A DNA stretch of 64,000 nucleotides from an uncultured virus (IMG/VR IMGVR_UViG_3300028416_000010) (Duplodnaviria; Heunggongvirae; Uroviricota; Caudoviricetes), in the IMG/VR virus record IMGVR_UViG_3300028416_000010, one strand, 5' to 3'. A model generated the notes under the pieces. It saw nothing but the letters and a program-made list of their open reading frames with translations, was not told the DNA's origin and did not search any database. How positions within the stretch are numbered: position 1 is the stretch's first letter; each line of letters begins with the position of its first letter. Below are positions 1 through 9,966 of this stretch, in pieces. Made by a program: the position numbers and the translations under genes.

Positions 1-141
1 ATCTATAGGTAATGATTGCCCTTGCTTTAGTGCTTCAGCATAAGCCTCTGCAAATCTCCAAACACTTATATTTATTGTAGTGCCTTTTTCTTTCGGGTCT
101 TTAACTCCAAAAAAATCCGTATAAAATTCTTTTCCTGTCAT
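1..141 (-). CDS. Partial cassette ORF starting in attC loop (MTGKEFYTDFF...QGQSLPID)
   Basis: ATG at 141; frame stays open off the window edge through the left attC arm. Confidence 0.6.
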   Translation of the reverse strand, partial: MTGKEFYTDFFGVKDPKEKGTTINISVWRFAEAYAEALKQGQSLPID

Positions 142-193
142 AATTTATCTGTATTTAATCGGGCAATAACTACCCATAGATTTAACGTTATAT
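1..193 (+). mobile_element. attC-like site (left end cut off by window) ending a third cassette array
   Basis: ATCTATAGGTAATGATTGCCC (1-21) pairs with GGGCAATAACTACCCATAGAT (161-181), followed by TTAAC-GTTATAT (G at 187). Same architecture as the attC-like sites at 17-25 kb. Confidence 0.75.
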
Positions 194-347
194 TTTAATA
201 TAATGAGAAACTATTTAATCTATAATGTTAAAATGAGATTTTCATCATTTATTTCTTCATTAGAATCTTTTAATTTTTCAAAGAATATTTTGTTATATAA
301 CGATAAATTTAATTAATTATTACAAAAAAATAAATATTTTTTTATTA

Positions 348-584
348 TTAATCTGGGACTTCAGAATTTTTCATTTGCTTTTTTATTTCAAATATGGAAA
401 CATTTAAAAATTTACCTACAAAATATAAAATAATACCTGTAAATAAAATTTTAAGGCTTATATAAAAATTAAACCATACCCAAACCAAAAGAAATATAGG
501 AAAACTACATATACCTAAAAATTTTAATAAATTCCCTATCTTTAAAGTTTTATCAAGTTTTTTTTTGGATTTTTCATTATTCAT
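348..584 (-). CDS. Small two-TM membrane protein
   Basis: Two hydrophobic segments in a 78-aa ORF. Confidence 0.6.
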   Translation of the reverse strand: MNNEKSKKKLDKTLKIGNLLKFLGICSFPIFLLVWVWFNFYISLKILFTGIILYFVGKFLNVSIFEIKKQMKNSEVPD

Positions 585-657
585 AAAACAATTATTTAAT
601 TTAAAATATTTAAATATAACTACTTAGGCTTTATTTTATTTTTTTGTAATAATAAAA

Positions 658-1674
658 TTAACTTTGTGCTGTTAAAAAACCAAAGTATTGTTCAGCGGTT
701 AGAGGTACTAATTCCCCTTCAGGTTTAACATCATAATTTAATTCAACAAGAAACACATCGCCCTGTCTTTTTAATTCTTTAATGTGATTACCTTCTATAA
801 GATTTTTATGTACTCTCATTGTAGATGCTACAGCTTCTAAGGGGTTATCTTTGTATTCATCCTCAATCCATAACCAATGTTCCTTATCGGTAGTTGTACA
901 CCAACATCTTAAAGCATATGATGACTCACCTTCCAGACCTAATTTAGTGATGTCTACTTTGTGTGTCTCATACACAACATCGTACTCTTTGTACCCCAAG
1001 AACTCACCACCAGGAGTAAACTCTTTGTGTCTAACTCTTTTACCATCAGTTTTGATACGCTCGTGACCCAATTCTTTAATCATGTCCACGATATCAATAG
1101 ACCCGAATACCTTAGCTTGGAACTCTTCGTTCTCAATTTTGAAAGCGTCTCCGTATGTGAATGGTTCAACCATATCATATAAGTCCAACAACTCATCTAA
1201 TACTGAATCACATTCAAAAATTGAACAATCGTTTCTAACGAACCTCACAGGAACACCATCACATAATGACAATAACTCTTCACGTTGTTCGGGAGTCATA
1301 ATCGCTCTGTATTGTTCATTTGAGTCCTCAGATAAATACATTCTGTTTAAATCTGCGTGATGTTGTTCGATTTCTTCATCGGTCATTAAGGACTTATCGA
1401 TATATCTAACATATGGATAATATGTGTCCTCATTTAGATATTCAAAGAATAAATCTTTACCATCTTTTTGTACAAACTCTGGGAAGAATGATTTAGCGTT
1501 TTTAACATTTCTAAACTTATCAATGAAACGTGTTTTAAAACGTTCTTTGTTTGTGAATACACCTTTAAGATATCTTACGACATCTCCGTTTGGTACATTC
1601 TCATAAAATGTTCCCTTTTCAAAGTCTAACACTAATTCTACATTCCAGTTGTTGTAATTGATTGTAATTGCCAT
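658..1674 (-). CDS. Phage protein with DUF6745-like C-terminal domain
   Basis: C-terminal 'ALRCWCTTTDKEHWLWI...LEAVASTM' and 'RQGDVFL' motifs resemble this phage family. Confidence 0.55.
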   Translation of the reverse strand: MAITINYNNWNVELVLDFEKGTFYENVPNGDVVRYLKGVFTNKERFKTRFIDKFRNVKNAKSFFPEFVQKDGKDLFFEYLNEDTYYPYVRYIDKSLMTDEEIEQHHADLNRMYLSEDSNEQYRAIMTPEQREELLSLCDGVPVRFVRNDCSIFECDSVLDELLDLYDMVEPFTYGDAFKIENEEFQAKVFGSIDIVDMIKELGHERIKTDGKRVRHKEFTPGGEFLGYKEYDVVYETHKVDITKLGLEGESSYALRCWCTTTDKEHWLWIEDEYKDNPLEAVASTMRVHKNLIEGNHIKELKRQGDVFLVELNYDVKPEGELVPLTAEQYFGFLTAQS

Positions 1675-1757
1675 AACTTATTTATTTGGTAGTTTATATT
1701 TAAAAGGTGATAGATAAAATAATTCACCTTCATTTTGAATTAAACTTAATTTATTAA

Positions 1758-1991
1758 TTAATCGTAAGCGTTTCTTAATTTTTTAGTTACTGGATTGAAT
1801 TCTTGTTGAACATATTTTATTACATTCTCAGACTCTGTAACTAAAGTACCATGTTCCCCATGTTTTATAATTCCCTCTCCGTTAACTTTTAATTTTAATG
1901 TTGAGTTTCCTAAGTCTTTTACTTCAACTGAAGAAGCTGACATTTCGTGAGTGTTTGTACTCGGCTCTAATACTACTGTTCTTTTTTTCAT
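1758..1991 (-). CDS. Small phage protein, usual partner of DUF6745-type genes
   Basis: 'IIKHGEHGTL...QQEFNP' motif, adjacent to the previous gene. Confidence 0.5.
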   Translation of the reverse strand: MKKRTVVLEPSTNTHEMSASSVEVKDLGNSTLKLKVNGEGIIKHGEHGTLVTESENVIKYVQQEFNPVTKKLRNAYD

Positions 1992-2165
1992 AATTCACAT
2001 ATTTATTTAATTATTACAAATTTAATTTATTTTTTTTAAAAAAAATAAAAAAATATTATAATTAATTAATTTTCTTTGAAATTAGTGATAGATTTAGTTA
2101 AATAACATAAAAAGACAACCAAAAGTGATTGCCTTTTTATTAAAAATATTTTAATCTTTAAACAG

Positions 2166-2645
2166 TTAATCATCGAAACCATTAAAAGGTTCCAAAGTAA
2201 AATCTTTATAATCATCAGGATTAATTAACCAAACATTTATTTCATTTTCTTCATCATAAACTTTAACAAAAGGAATAATACTATCATTTTTTATTCCACT
2301 AAAAAAACTTTGAATCTTTTTAAGTATATTATTATCTTTTTTTGTATTTATATATCTCAAAATCCCAAGGTTTGGAACCCAAGTTTCTTCCATTGACCAT
2401 TCTATATTATTATCATCTAAAAAATCAATTGTATTATCAATAGCTTTTTTTATATCATCATTTAACCTCCAATAAAAGTTTGCGCCATCTTTACCACCAG
2501 AATTAAAAAAATCTTTTTCTGTTTGCGTCATTTTATCTTTTCTTCTATTATAAATATCTAACATAGAATCATATTCAGGTGATGAATTTTCTTTTAAAAA
2601 AAATTTTTTAAAAGAATTCATCATATTTCTCATTTCCTCACTCAT
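2166..2645 (-). CDS. Hypothetical phage protein
   Basis: 159-aa ORF with upstream TATTTATA motif and a downstream hairpin terminator at ~2109-2138. Confidence 0.7.
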   Translation of the reverse strand: MSEEMRNMMNSFKKFFLKENSSPEYDSMLDIYNRRKDKMTQTEKDFFNSGGKDGANFYWRLNDDIKKAIDNTIDFLDDNNIEWSMEETWVPNLGILRYINTKKDNNILKKIQSFFSGIKNDSIIPFVKVYDEENEINVWLINPDDYKDFTLEPFNGFDD

Positions 2646-2930
2646 AAATTTATATTTTTATATAAATATTTTAAAATAATTAAGTCCAAAATGAATATCC
2701 TTCTAAATGTTTATGAAAATCAAATATAAAATTTTCATCATCTAAATATAATTCATAATTATCATTTTTTGAGTATCCTATTTCTTTTACATTGAAATCA
2801 TAATATTCATCAAATTCTATGAAAGAATATTCTTTTTTTCTTTTTTTTAATTTAATATTTTTATTTTTTATGCTCATGTTCTAATTCAAAATTTTAAAAA
2901 TGGTTAATGTATAATTTCGCATAAATGAAA

Positions 2931-3206
2931 TTAAGTGCAATTAGCCATACAATCTCTAAAAAGTTTACCAACTATCTCGTCATACTCTGCACTAGAAAAT
3001 TCTGTATGTGTCACGAATCCATTAAAATCACCTTTAGACATCCATTGTTCTTTTTCAAAAGGATAGCCTCCCAATAATCCAATAGCCATATTAAATCTAA
3101 CAAAACTACCCCCAGTAGTCATTTCATCAAATGATGTAGCAGACAACCATAATTCAATCCTTCTTTTAGCTTCTGCAATAATCTCTTTTTTTCTTTCTTC
3201 AGTCAT
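2931..3206 (-). CDS. Hypothetical protein
   Basis: 91-aa ORF with A-rich initiation region. Confidence 0.7.
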   Translation of the reverse strand: MTEERKKEIIAEAKRRIELWLSATSFDEMTTGGSFVRFNMAIGLLGGYPFEKEQWMSKGDFNGFVTHTEFSSAEYDEIVGKLFRDCMANCT

Positions 3207-3513
3207 AATAAAAATGTTTAAAATTGTATATATTTAACGCCTAACCAGGTCTTTTTTTAATTTCAATAATATAGTTCAATTTGTATATCCGTACAGCTAT
3301 ATTTTTTATAGCTTTAAAATTATTTGTTGTTTTTTAAATCCACAAGTTTTTTTTAAATAAAAAACTCAACCACTTCGTTGGACCATTGATGATAACCTTT
3401 GTTTTCAGTTTTATCTTTATAAAATTTGGATGAGCAAAACCTTTAATAACTTTCAATCCTATTGTTTTTATTATGAAAACAACACATATTTAACCATTTT
3501 TGTTTTTCTAATC

Positions 3514-3675
3514 TCATATATAAAATTTTTTATCGTCATACCAAACACAATATCCTATAGTACTATTGCTAATCATATAATAATTAAACGAATCAATCTT
3601 GAAATAACAATCATATCGGACTGCATTTGGTTTAATGAAACAATAATCTCTATATTGAACTTTTCTTAATCTCAT
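3514..3675 (-). CDS. Small paralogous 'MRL..K...K.F(Y/W)I' family protein (53 aa)
   Basis: Manual translation MRLRKVQYRDYCFIK...IGYCVWYDDKKFYI; near-duplicate of 6888-7049. Confidence 0.7.
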   Translation of the reverse strand: MRLRKVQYRDYCFIKPNAVRYDCYFKIDSFNYYMISNSTIGYCVWYDDKKFYI

Positions 3676-3860
3676 ATGTAAAACTTTTTTATTGTTGTTC
3701 CATCAAAATAACCATTACCATCAAAACCAGAGAAATAAGTTGTGATTATTGTTCCATCATAACCAACTCCAACACCAAATCCATATCTCTCACTATCTTT
3801 ATAAAACATAATGGATTCAATGTTTAGGTGAATATACTTATTTTTTTTAATTTTTTCCAT
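3672..3860 (-). CDS. Small 'K.FYI' family protein
   Basis: Ends TTIKKFYI; ATGA overlap with the next gene. Confidence 0.65.
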   Translation of the reverse strand: MEKIKKNKYIHLNIESIMFYKDSERYGFGVGVGYDGTIITTYFSGFDGNGYFDGTTIKKFYI

Positions 3861-4258
3861 TCATATGAATAATAAATTTCTCACTTTTTCCGTATTTACT
3901 TTTCTCCATAGCTGAAACGTGAATACCATTCCACATTTCTGTATGATAACAATACATGGTGCCATTTTTAGATATTCTACCAGCATTCATTACGTCTAGT
4001 AACGCTTCTATGGCTTCATAATCACCAATACCATCTCTTATCTCTATAATAAACTTACTCATCTTTGTTTTGGTTTATTTCATACCATTTAATTGGTCCA
4101 ATCATCTCACCATTATCATCTTCTATCATATACATCCATTCACCTTCTAATGTAATGATTGGTGATTCTGGTGTTGTTCTGTTTCTAAGTATTATCTTAC
4201 CTTTACCTTTAGTGGTTTCAATAATATCACCAACTTCATATATTTCTTCTTTACTCAT
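3847..4258 (-). CDS. Two coupled small hypothetical proteins (3847-4062, 4055-4258)
   Basis: Overlapping ORFs, both starting MSK at the AAGATGAGTAA junction. Confidence 0.7.
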
Positions 4259-4273
4259 CTTCTTTGTTTTGTT

Positions 4274-5065
4274 TTAAACATATTTAACTATTTCGCAATA
4301 ACCTATTCTAAACTCACCATCCTCATCAATAAGATATTCACCACTAGGTAAAGTATCAATATAATAATATCTACCACCTGTACTTTTACCTTTAATATCA
4401 ATAGTATCTTGTTGTGTATGTCCTACAATTTGAATATAATTCTTTTTTAAATCAGATTGTTTATTTGATAATTGTAATGATTTAGGTCGAATCCATATAG
4501 GAGATTGTCCTTCATTATCACCATAACCATTTGGACTAAACCCTGTATTGTTTCTATCATAATACCCATTAAATGTAAATTGGTTTGGTTTATGATGATA
4601 TAAATCATTGATAAACTCTCCAACACTATCGTAGTCTTCATAATCGTGAGACCAATAACCTGTATCTTTTAAGAATGTTTCACTGATACCAGCGTGAGTA
4701 CATAATCTATCATCTATTTGAACACACATTTGAAAGTGTTCTTTATTTTCATCAAAAAACATTTCAAATTCATACATCATATTGGCGTTGAAACCAGATG
4801 TTGAACCTTTACCTGTAATACCTCTCATGTAGTGGATGTCGTGATTTCCAATAAGTAGATAAACTCGTTTAGTTGGGTCTAATTCTTGTAATTTCTTAAA
4901 CTCAACAATATCACGAGCGTTTCTTAATTGTACTGTACCAGGAATATCAAATGAATCAAAGTAATCAGCGATAAAGACAATGTTATCTGCGTCCTTATGT
5001 TGTTCAACAATCTCCTTCCATATGTCTCTACCATGGATGTCTCCTATGTATATATTTTTTCCCAT
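4274..5065 (-). CDS. Calcineurin-like metallophosphoesterase
   Basis: Motifs GDIHG, ADYFD, GNHD, THAG, VGHT. Confidence 0.9.
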   Translation of the reverse strand: MGKNIYIGDIHGRDIWKEIVEQHKDADNIVFIADYFDSFDIPGTVQLRNARDIVEFKKLQELDPTKRVYLLIGNHDIHYMRGITGKGSTSGFNANMMYEFEMFFDENKEHFQMCVQIDDRLCTHAGISETFLKDTGYWSHDYEDYDSVGEFINDLYHHKPNQFTFNGYYDRNNTGFSPNGYGDNEGQSPIWIRPKSLQLSNKQSDLKKNYIQIVGHTQQDTIDIKGKSTGGRYYYIDTLPSGEYLIDEDGEFRIGYCEIVKYV

Positions 5066-5087
5066 AAACAGATATACTAAAAATTAT

Positions 5088-5381
5088 TTAATTATCTTTA
5101 TATTTCTCTCTAATTCTACCAAAAACTTCTTCATATGTCCATACCCAATTCATTTTTCCTTGTGATTCACCGATTAATATTGACCACAACTCTTTACCTC
5201 TTGGGTTATAGATTTCACCAGTGTCTTCAACAAAACCAGTCTCATCGTTTAATTCGGTTTCTCTAACCACAAAAGGTTTAATATACATAAACCAAACCCA
5301 CTTAAATGGTATTAAGATATACCATCTATATCTCCATAGTTTTTCAACCCAATTACATTCTTGAAATCGTTTATTTTTCAT
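5088..5381 (-). CDS. Hypothetical protein
   Basis: 97-aa Trp-rich ORF in operon context. Confidence 0.65.
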   Translation of the reverse strand: MKNKRFQECNWVEKLWRYRWYILIPFKWVWFMYIKPFVVRETELNDETGFVEDTGEIYNPRGKELWSILIGESQGKMNWVWTYEEVFGRIREKYKDN

Positions 5382-5432
5382 TTTTTATATTGTTTCCACT
5401 AATATAGTGTTTTTAATTGGATTAAACAACAT

Positions 5433-5773
5433 TTATACATGAAATCTTTTATAATTATAGAATATGTCATAACCGATAACTTTATCACTCATTTCGTAAT
5501 ACGTAGTATAGTGGTTACTACGAAAACCTTCAATCATACAAAAAATATATACAAAAGTATATTCACGCCCAGAAGAAATCTTTTTTAATCTCATATATAA
5601 AATATTTTAGTAGACCCATTTTCGAGGTAACCAAATGTTGTTAAATCATCATTATATCGTCTGACGGTATGATTACTAATGATTTGTTTATATTCACAGT
5701 ACCCATACCAAGCACCATGTTTATAGAGTATCCTACAACCTCTGTTAAATTCTTTACTTTTCGTCAATCTCAT
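5433..5773 (-). CDS. Two 'MRL.K...K.F' family proteins (5433-5594, 5591-5773)
   Basis: MRLKKISS...YKRFHV and MRLTKSKE...TKIFYI, joined by an ATGA overlap. Confidence 0.65.
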
Positions 5774-6110
5774 CGTTTAATATATAAATTTCGTTTAATT
5801 CGTATCTTTGCCCTTTTGTTGAAACGATATTGATGTTTGGTCTTATACCAACCCATTTAAAACCATGTTCTTTTTCATGATTATTGATTTCAACCATTTC
5901 ATATATATTTCTCATGTTGGGTTGGTTTTTGGATTTTTTATCAGCTAAGTTTTTTATTACCTTGTTCGAATCACTATCAAATGTCATTTCCATGTTAATT
6001 CTAACACGTTTTATTTCACCTATAGTTTCACTACCATATTTAGAAACATATACGAATCGTCTACCTACCCACATTTTTTCTAGTAATGATTTTACACTAT
6101 CCATATCCAT
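5754..6110 (-). CDS. Hypothetical protein
   Basis: 118-aa ORF. Confidence 0.7.
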   Translation of the reverse strand: MDMDSVKSLLEKMWVGRRFVYVSKYGSETIGEIKRVRINMEMTFDSDSNKVIKNLADKKSKNQPNMRNIYEMVEINNHEKEHGFKWVGIRPNINIVSTKGQRYELNEIYILNDEIDEK

Positions 6111-6160
6111 TATTTCGTTTTTATATTTTTCTGATAATCTTTTTATAATCTTATTCTTTT

Positions 6161-6347
6161 TGCTACTGGGGTGGGAATCGAACCCACAACCGAAAAGGTG
6201 TCTCTCATTTTCTTCATCAATATTATACCTAGCCTCAGTATTTTTCTATCAGAATATTAAAGTCTTACCTTAATCTCTTTAAGTTCGCCAGCCTAACTGA
6301 AATATCGTCCTTAAAGCATCGTGTTTTTCCTCTTAAACTACCCAATA
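6161..6347 (-). ncRNA. tRNA-like RNA with ~130-nt insertion replacing the anticodon arm
   Basis: Acceptor stem TATTGGG/CCCAGTA, D-arm GTTT-AAGAGGAA-AAAC, perfect T-arm GTGGG-TTCGATT-CCCAC. Confidence 0.7.
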
Positions 6348-6355
6348 ATATATTT

Positions 6356-6416
6356 TAGTACTCATACATGAATCGAACATGTTCGGAAGTCGTTCTCCTA
6401 GTAACCAACATGAGCT
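6356..6416 (-). ncRNA. Minimal tRNA-like element (acceptor + T-arm)
   Basis: GCTCAT/ATGAGT stem and ACATG-TTCGATT-CATGT T-arm, with only ~27 nt between them. Confidence 0.55.
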
Positions 6417-6484
6417 ATATATTAGGTAATGGAATCGAACCATCTAGAGTGAACCGCCTACTCATTGACCAAATAGTCCTAACA
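6417..6484 (-). ncRNA. Degenerate tRNA-like element
   Basis: TGTTAGG/CCTAATA acceptor, GAGT-N9-ACTC hairpin, ATGG-TTCGATT-CCAT T-arm; no D-stem. Confidence 0.55.
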
Positions 6485-6490
6485 TAATTT

Positions 6491-6590
6491 AAAAAATCTC
6501 AAAGGGGTCGTTGTAACCTTCATCTTAAACCTTTTCTAGAATGGGTTTAAAACCTGTTTCTCAGTTACCTCCATGATTAGGAGAGATTAT
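6491..6590 (-). ncRNA. 5'-truncated copy of the stem-closed ncRNA at 8435-8559
   Basis: ~100 bp near-identical to 8435-8533, with a compensatory C-G/T-A change in the TTAAAC/GTTTAA hairpin. Confidence 0.6.
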
Positions 6591-6723
6591 ATTAATACTA
6601 ATTCTTTAGCTTGGCCTTTATCTGCATAACATTGCAATATGTTTGCATGGTAATAATCATGTACTTTATAATCATCGTTTTTAAAAATAATATCACGTGT
6701 GTTATATTGGTCTCTAATTAATC

Positions 6724-7195
6724 TCATATCCAAAATCTTTTATTTTTATCATTTTTATCATAACCCAATATTGAACCAAGTTCGGTTCTATAATATATAT
6801 AACCCAACCATTTCAATTTCATAAAACCAAGACCACAAATACTTGTATTATAAAAACAATATGGATGTAACTCTTCTTTTTTCAATCTCATATATTAAAT
6901 CTTTTATCAACATACCAAACACAATATCCGATGGTGGTATTATTAATTAGATAAAAATTATTTGAGTCATTCAAGAAATAACCTTCATGTTGAGCATTAT
7001 TTCGTTTTATAAAACAATACTCTCTATATTGAACTTTTCTTAATCTCATATCCAAAATTTTATTTTATCATGTATTCTACTATAACCTTCAAACCAATAA
7101 TATTGTGAACCTTTATGTTTATAATATCCTCTAACATTATCGTACTCATTTTTATAGAAACAAAGTTCAACAAATATACTTTTTCCTAATCTCAT
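6724..7195 (-). CDS. Tandem of three 'MRL.K...K.(F)WI/FNI' family proteins (7046-7195, 6888-7049, 6724-6891)
   Basis: Manually translated 49-55-aa ORFs chained by ATGA overlaps; a fourth starts at 6727 and runs into the ncRNA copy. Confidence 0.7.
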
Positions 7196-7207
7196 ATATA
7201 AAACCTT

Positions 7208-7777
7208 TTATTCTTCATCTTTAAAAAAACCATAATTACCTTTTAAGAACCCATTAATTAGATTCATTTGTATTGGTACTCGTGTCACAAACATATAGTA
7301 TTCCACCATCCTATTCACTATAAAGATAACATCTTCTTCTGTATATGTTTTCTTATCCATCTTATAAGTTTTAAACGCTTCTTTAAGTTTTTCGTTTGGT
7401 TCTGGGGGATTTTCATTTGTTTCTATGATGGTCTTAACATCTTCCTCAGATAAATCCAAAGTATCACTTGAACCTTTTTTAGCTTCAGTTAATTCTTCTT
7501 CAGATAATCTACCCACAACCTCAATTTCAGATTCAATATAACCAAATGGACCTGGTTTCATACCCAGTAACTCTTCGACATTATATTGGTATTTTCTATC
7601 AATGGCTACCCAACTATCAAAACCAACACCTTGATGATTATTGTCATAGTATCTAACATCTAATTTATCCAAATCAATCACAACAAAATACTGACAACCA
7701 TTAACCGTTTGGTTAATATCAATGATGTCACCATTCTTAATTTCTTGATAGTTTTTGTCTTTAGCTACTCTTTTCAT
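7208..7777 (-). CDS. Hypothetical phage protein (YopX-like N-terminus possible)
   Basis: 'DKNYQEIKNGDII...EIEVVG' pattern resembles the YopX C-terminal motif. Confidence 0.5.
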   Translation of the reverse strand: MKRVAKDKNYQEIKNGDIIDINQTVNGCQYFVVIDLDKLDVRYYDNNHQGVGFDSWVAIDRKYQYNVEELLGMKPGPFGYIESEIEVVGRLSEEELTEAKKGSSDTLDLSEEDVKTIIETNENPPEPNEKLKEAFKTYKMDKKTYTEEDVIFIVNRMVEYYMFVTRVPIQMNLINGFLKGNYGFFKDEE

Positions 7778-8010
7778 AATCTTATTATCTTATAAGCCCA
7801 TTAATTTATTTATAATTTCTTTTCTTCTATTGTTTATTTGACTTAACTCATTTAATAAAATTGTTTGTTCTTGAAGTATTTCTTGATTTTCATCTAAAAT
7901 AACAACTTTTTCAAAAGATTCACTAGAAGTGTCAAAGTTATCTAAAAAACCTAAAGAATTTTGTAATCTTCTTAATTTATTAATATCAACCGATTTATAA
8001 CTTTTTTTAA

Positions 8011-8418
8011 TCATAATATATGTTTTTTAGCGTTTTCTAAATAAAATATGATATTTTCTTTACCTTGTGGGTTTGCTGAATGTACATGATATTCGGGTAT
8101 TCTAACACCTTTATCTAAACAATATTCAACTAACCATTTAGCACAATCCATACCAGTTTTCTCCATACTACCAAACTTCATATTCATTTCATCTTCGGAC
8201 ATATTATCATAATCTTCAGGTTTGAATTCATAGTGAAAATCAGCCAAATCATGGTCAAATGAAATTATATCAGGTAAACCATTTTTAGTGATGTAATCTA
8301 CAAATTCACCAAAGTTCCTAACTGTATCCCAACCTTCTTCCCAATAAAGTTTGGCGTTTGGCATATAGTAACAAGCATCCTTAACTTGTCTCATATCATC
8401 TAAAAATAGTTTTTTCAT
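8011..8418 (-). CDS. Cyclic-phosphate-processing receiver-domain protein
   Basis: LFLDDMR, ISFDHDL, TGMDCAKWL, HSANPQG motifs. True start is likely MKKLFLDD at 8418; the track extension overlaps the ncRNA. Confidence 0.8.
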   Translation of the reverse strand: MKKLFLDDMRQVKDACYYMPNAKLYWEEGWDTVRNFGEFVDYITKNGLPDIISFDHDLADFHYEFKPEDYDNMSEDEMNMKFGSMEKTGMDCAKWLVEYCLDKGVRIPEYHVHSANPQGKENIIFYLENAKKHIL

Positions 8419-8434
8419 AGTCTTAATATAATTA

Positions 8435-8559
8435 AAAAATCTCAAAGGGGTCATTGTGACCTTCATCTTAAATCTTTTCTAGAATGGATTTAAAACCTGT
8501 TTCTCAGTTACCTCCATGGCTAGGAGAGATTATTTCGATATTAATCTTCCTTTGAGATT
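8435..8559 (-). ncRNA. Self-promoted structured ncRNA closed by an AATCTCAAAG/CTTTGAGATT stem
   Basis: TACATTTG promoter immediately upstream, terminal stem followed by a T-tract, internal hairpins. Confidence 0.65.
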
Positions 8560-8586
8560 ATAACAAATGTAGTGATAACATTTCAA

Positions 8587-8925
8587 TTAACCAAAACATT
8601 CTTTGATTAATTTCAATTCATCTTCTTCTCTTTGTTTAATATAGATTGACCATTCTTTTCTTCCTTTTGGAGATAGCGTATATCCACTGTATGGTGATGA
8701 GTAATCATCTTCTGAACCATAATTAACTGATTTATAATCCAAAAATCCACATAACTTTAATATCTTAATATGTTTATCAACTTGATATCTACTTGTATTT
8801 AGAAGTGATGTTATATTACTTGGACTTATGATTCCTGGTCCATTATCTATACCAACAATGGTTGTATTGATAATTAACTTTATGATATCATTGGTTGTTA
8901 TTTTTTTATATTTAGTTTTTCCCAT
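8587..8925 (-). CDS. Winged-helix-like protein
   Basis: 'SRYQVDKHIKILKLCGFL...YTLSPKG' wHTH pattern. Confidence 0.5.
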   Translation of the reverse strand: MGKTKYKKITTNDIIKLIINTTIVGIDNGPGIISPSNITSLLNTSRYQVDKHIKILKLCGFLDYKSVNYGSEDDYSSPYSGYTLSPKGRKEWSIYIKQREEDELKLIKECFG

Positions 8926-9198
8926 AACCTTTTTTCAGTTAAACCTTTAATTAATATCTCAAATTCAGTATCATCAAATTCATTGACTCCTTCTTCAACA
9001 CAATCAAGAGTTGCATCTTCAATTTCGCAATCCATACAACATCCGCATGAAGCTGGAAATGTATGACTAATAGAAATTGTATTCGATGGTACATTTAAGA
9101 ATACTACTCTTTTACTTCCAGATTCATTTAAGTCTATATCAACATGAGATACAAAATCTGGAAACAACTCTCTTAATTTATCTGCTTTTGTCATATCC

Positions 9199-9807
9199 TT
9201 AATATTTTAATAAACTATCTGGATAATATAATAATGTTGGGTTTTTCTTTTGTATATCAACATCGGGATATGATAAGTTAAAACTCATAACATCAAACCT
9301 ATCAGTGATTAAATGATATCCATTCTTTGTTGGGATTGTTTCAATGATTTTATCACCAAAGGGTCTACACAAATCATTTATCGTAAACTTAATGGTATTA
9401 ACTTCTTGTTCATCTTTTGTGTCAACATCTACAATCCATCTTTTTTCTTTTGTGTTTAATTGACCTACAACCGAATCAAATATATGGGTTTGTTTATACA
9501 CACCATTTCTGATTCTTTTAGCTAATTCTTCCACCATATTTAAACCCACATCAAAATGATTTTGTTTTTGTATATGAATATAAACTCTAGCTTTGAAAAA
9601 TTCAGATAAACCAACTATCTCATCCCACCTCTTGTTTAAATAGTCAATACTATCAATAGCGTAAGTTTTTATTGTCCTTACCGATTGATGATTGTCTTTT
9701 TCACCTTCTGGTTGGTCTTTCTTTCTTTTGAATATGTATAACATATAGAAATCACCTTCATTTTCGAAGTTTAATAGTTTTTCTATAATTTCTTTATTGT
9801 TTATCAT
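9199..9807 (-). CDS. Conserved phage protein, possible AEP primase-polymerase fold
   Basis: WIVDVD (DxD) and TKNGYH motifs; start most likely MINNKE at 9807. Confidence 0.45.
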   Translation of the reverse strand: MINNKEIIEKLLNFENEGDFYMLYIFKRKKDQPEGEKDNHQSVRTIKTYAIDSIDYLNKRWDEIVGLSEFFKARVYIHIQKQNHFDVGLNMVEELAKRIRNGVYKQTHIFDSVVGQLNTKEKRWIVDVDTKDEQEVNTIKFTINDLCRPFGDKIIETIPTKNGYHLITDRFDVMSFNLSYPDVDIQKKNPTLLYYPDSLLKY

Positions 9808-9820
9808 AATAAATTTATTT

Positions 9821-9939
9821 AAAAATCTCAAAGGGTTAGACATACTTGCCTCCCTATTCGAGACACTATCGACACAGACTAACACCACTTGTCTCCAAGA
9901 TGGACGCTGATTAGGTTTGTGTCTAACCTCTTTGAGATT
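9821..9939 (-). ncRNA. Second self-promoted stem-closed ncRNA (different interior)
   Basis: Same promoter flank (TATATTTG) and terminal stem, extended by GGTTAGACA/TGTCTAACC; internal GAGACA/TGTCTC stem. Confidence 0.65.
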
Positions 9940-9966
9940 ATAACAAATATAGTGATAATATTTCAA

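Noticed and set aside
6161..6347. tmRNA, canonical tRNA or group I intron call
   Set aside because: No G3-U70 alanine identity or tag frame, no 7-nt anticodon loop, and the insert is too short with no recognisable catalytic core.
8419..9966. Track N-terminal extensions of ORFs 8011-8466 and 9199-9966
   Set aside because: The extensions run through the structured ncRNAs; downstream ATGs (8418, 9807) have proper A-rich contexts and begin the conserved domains.
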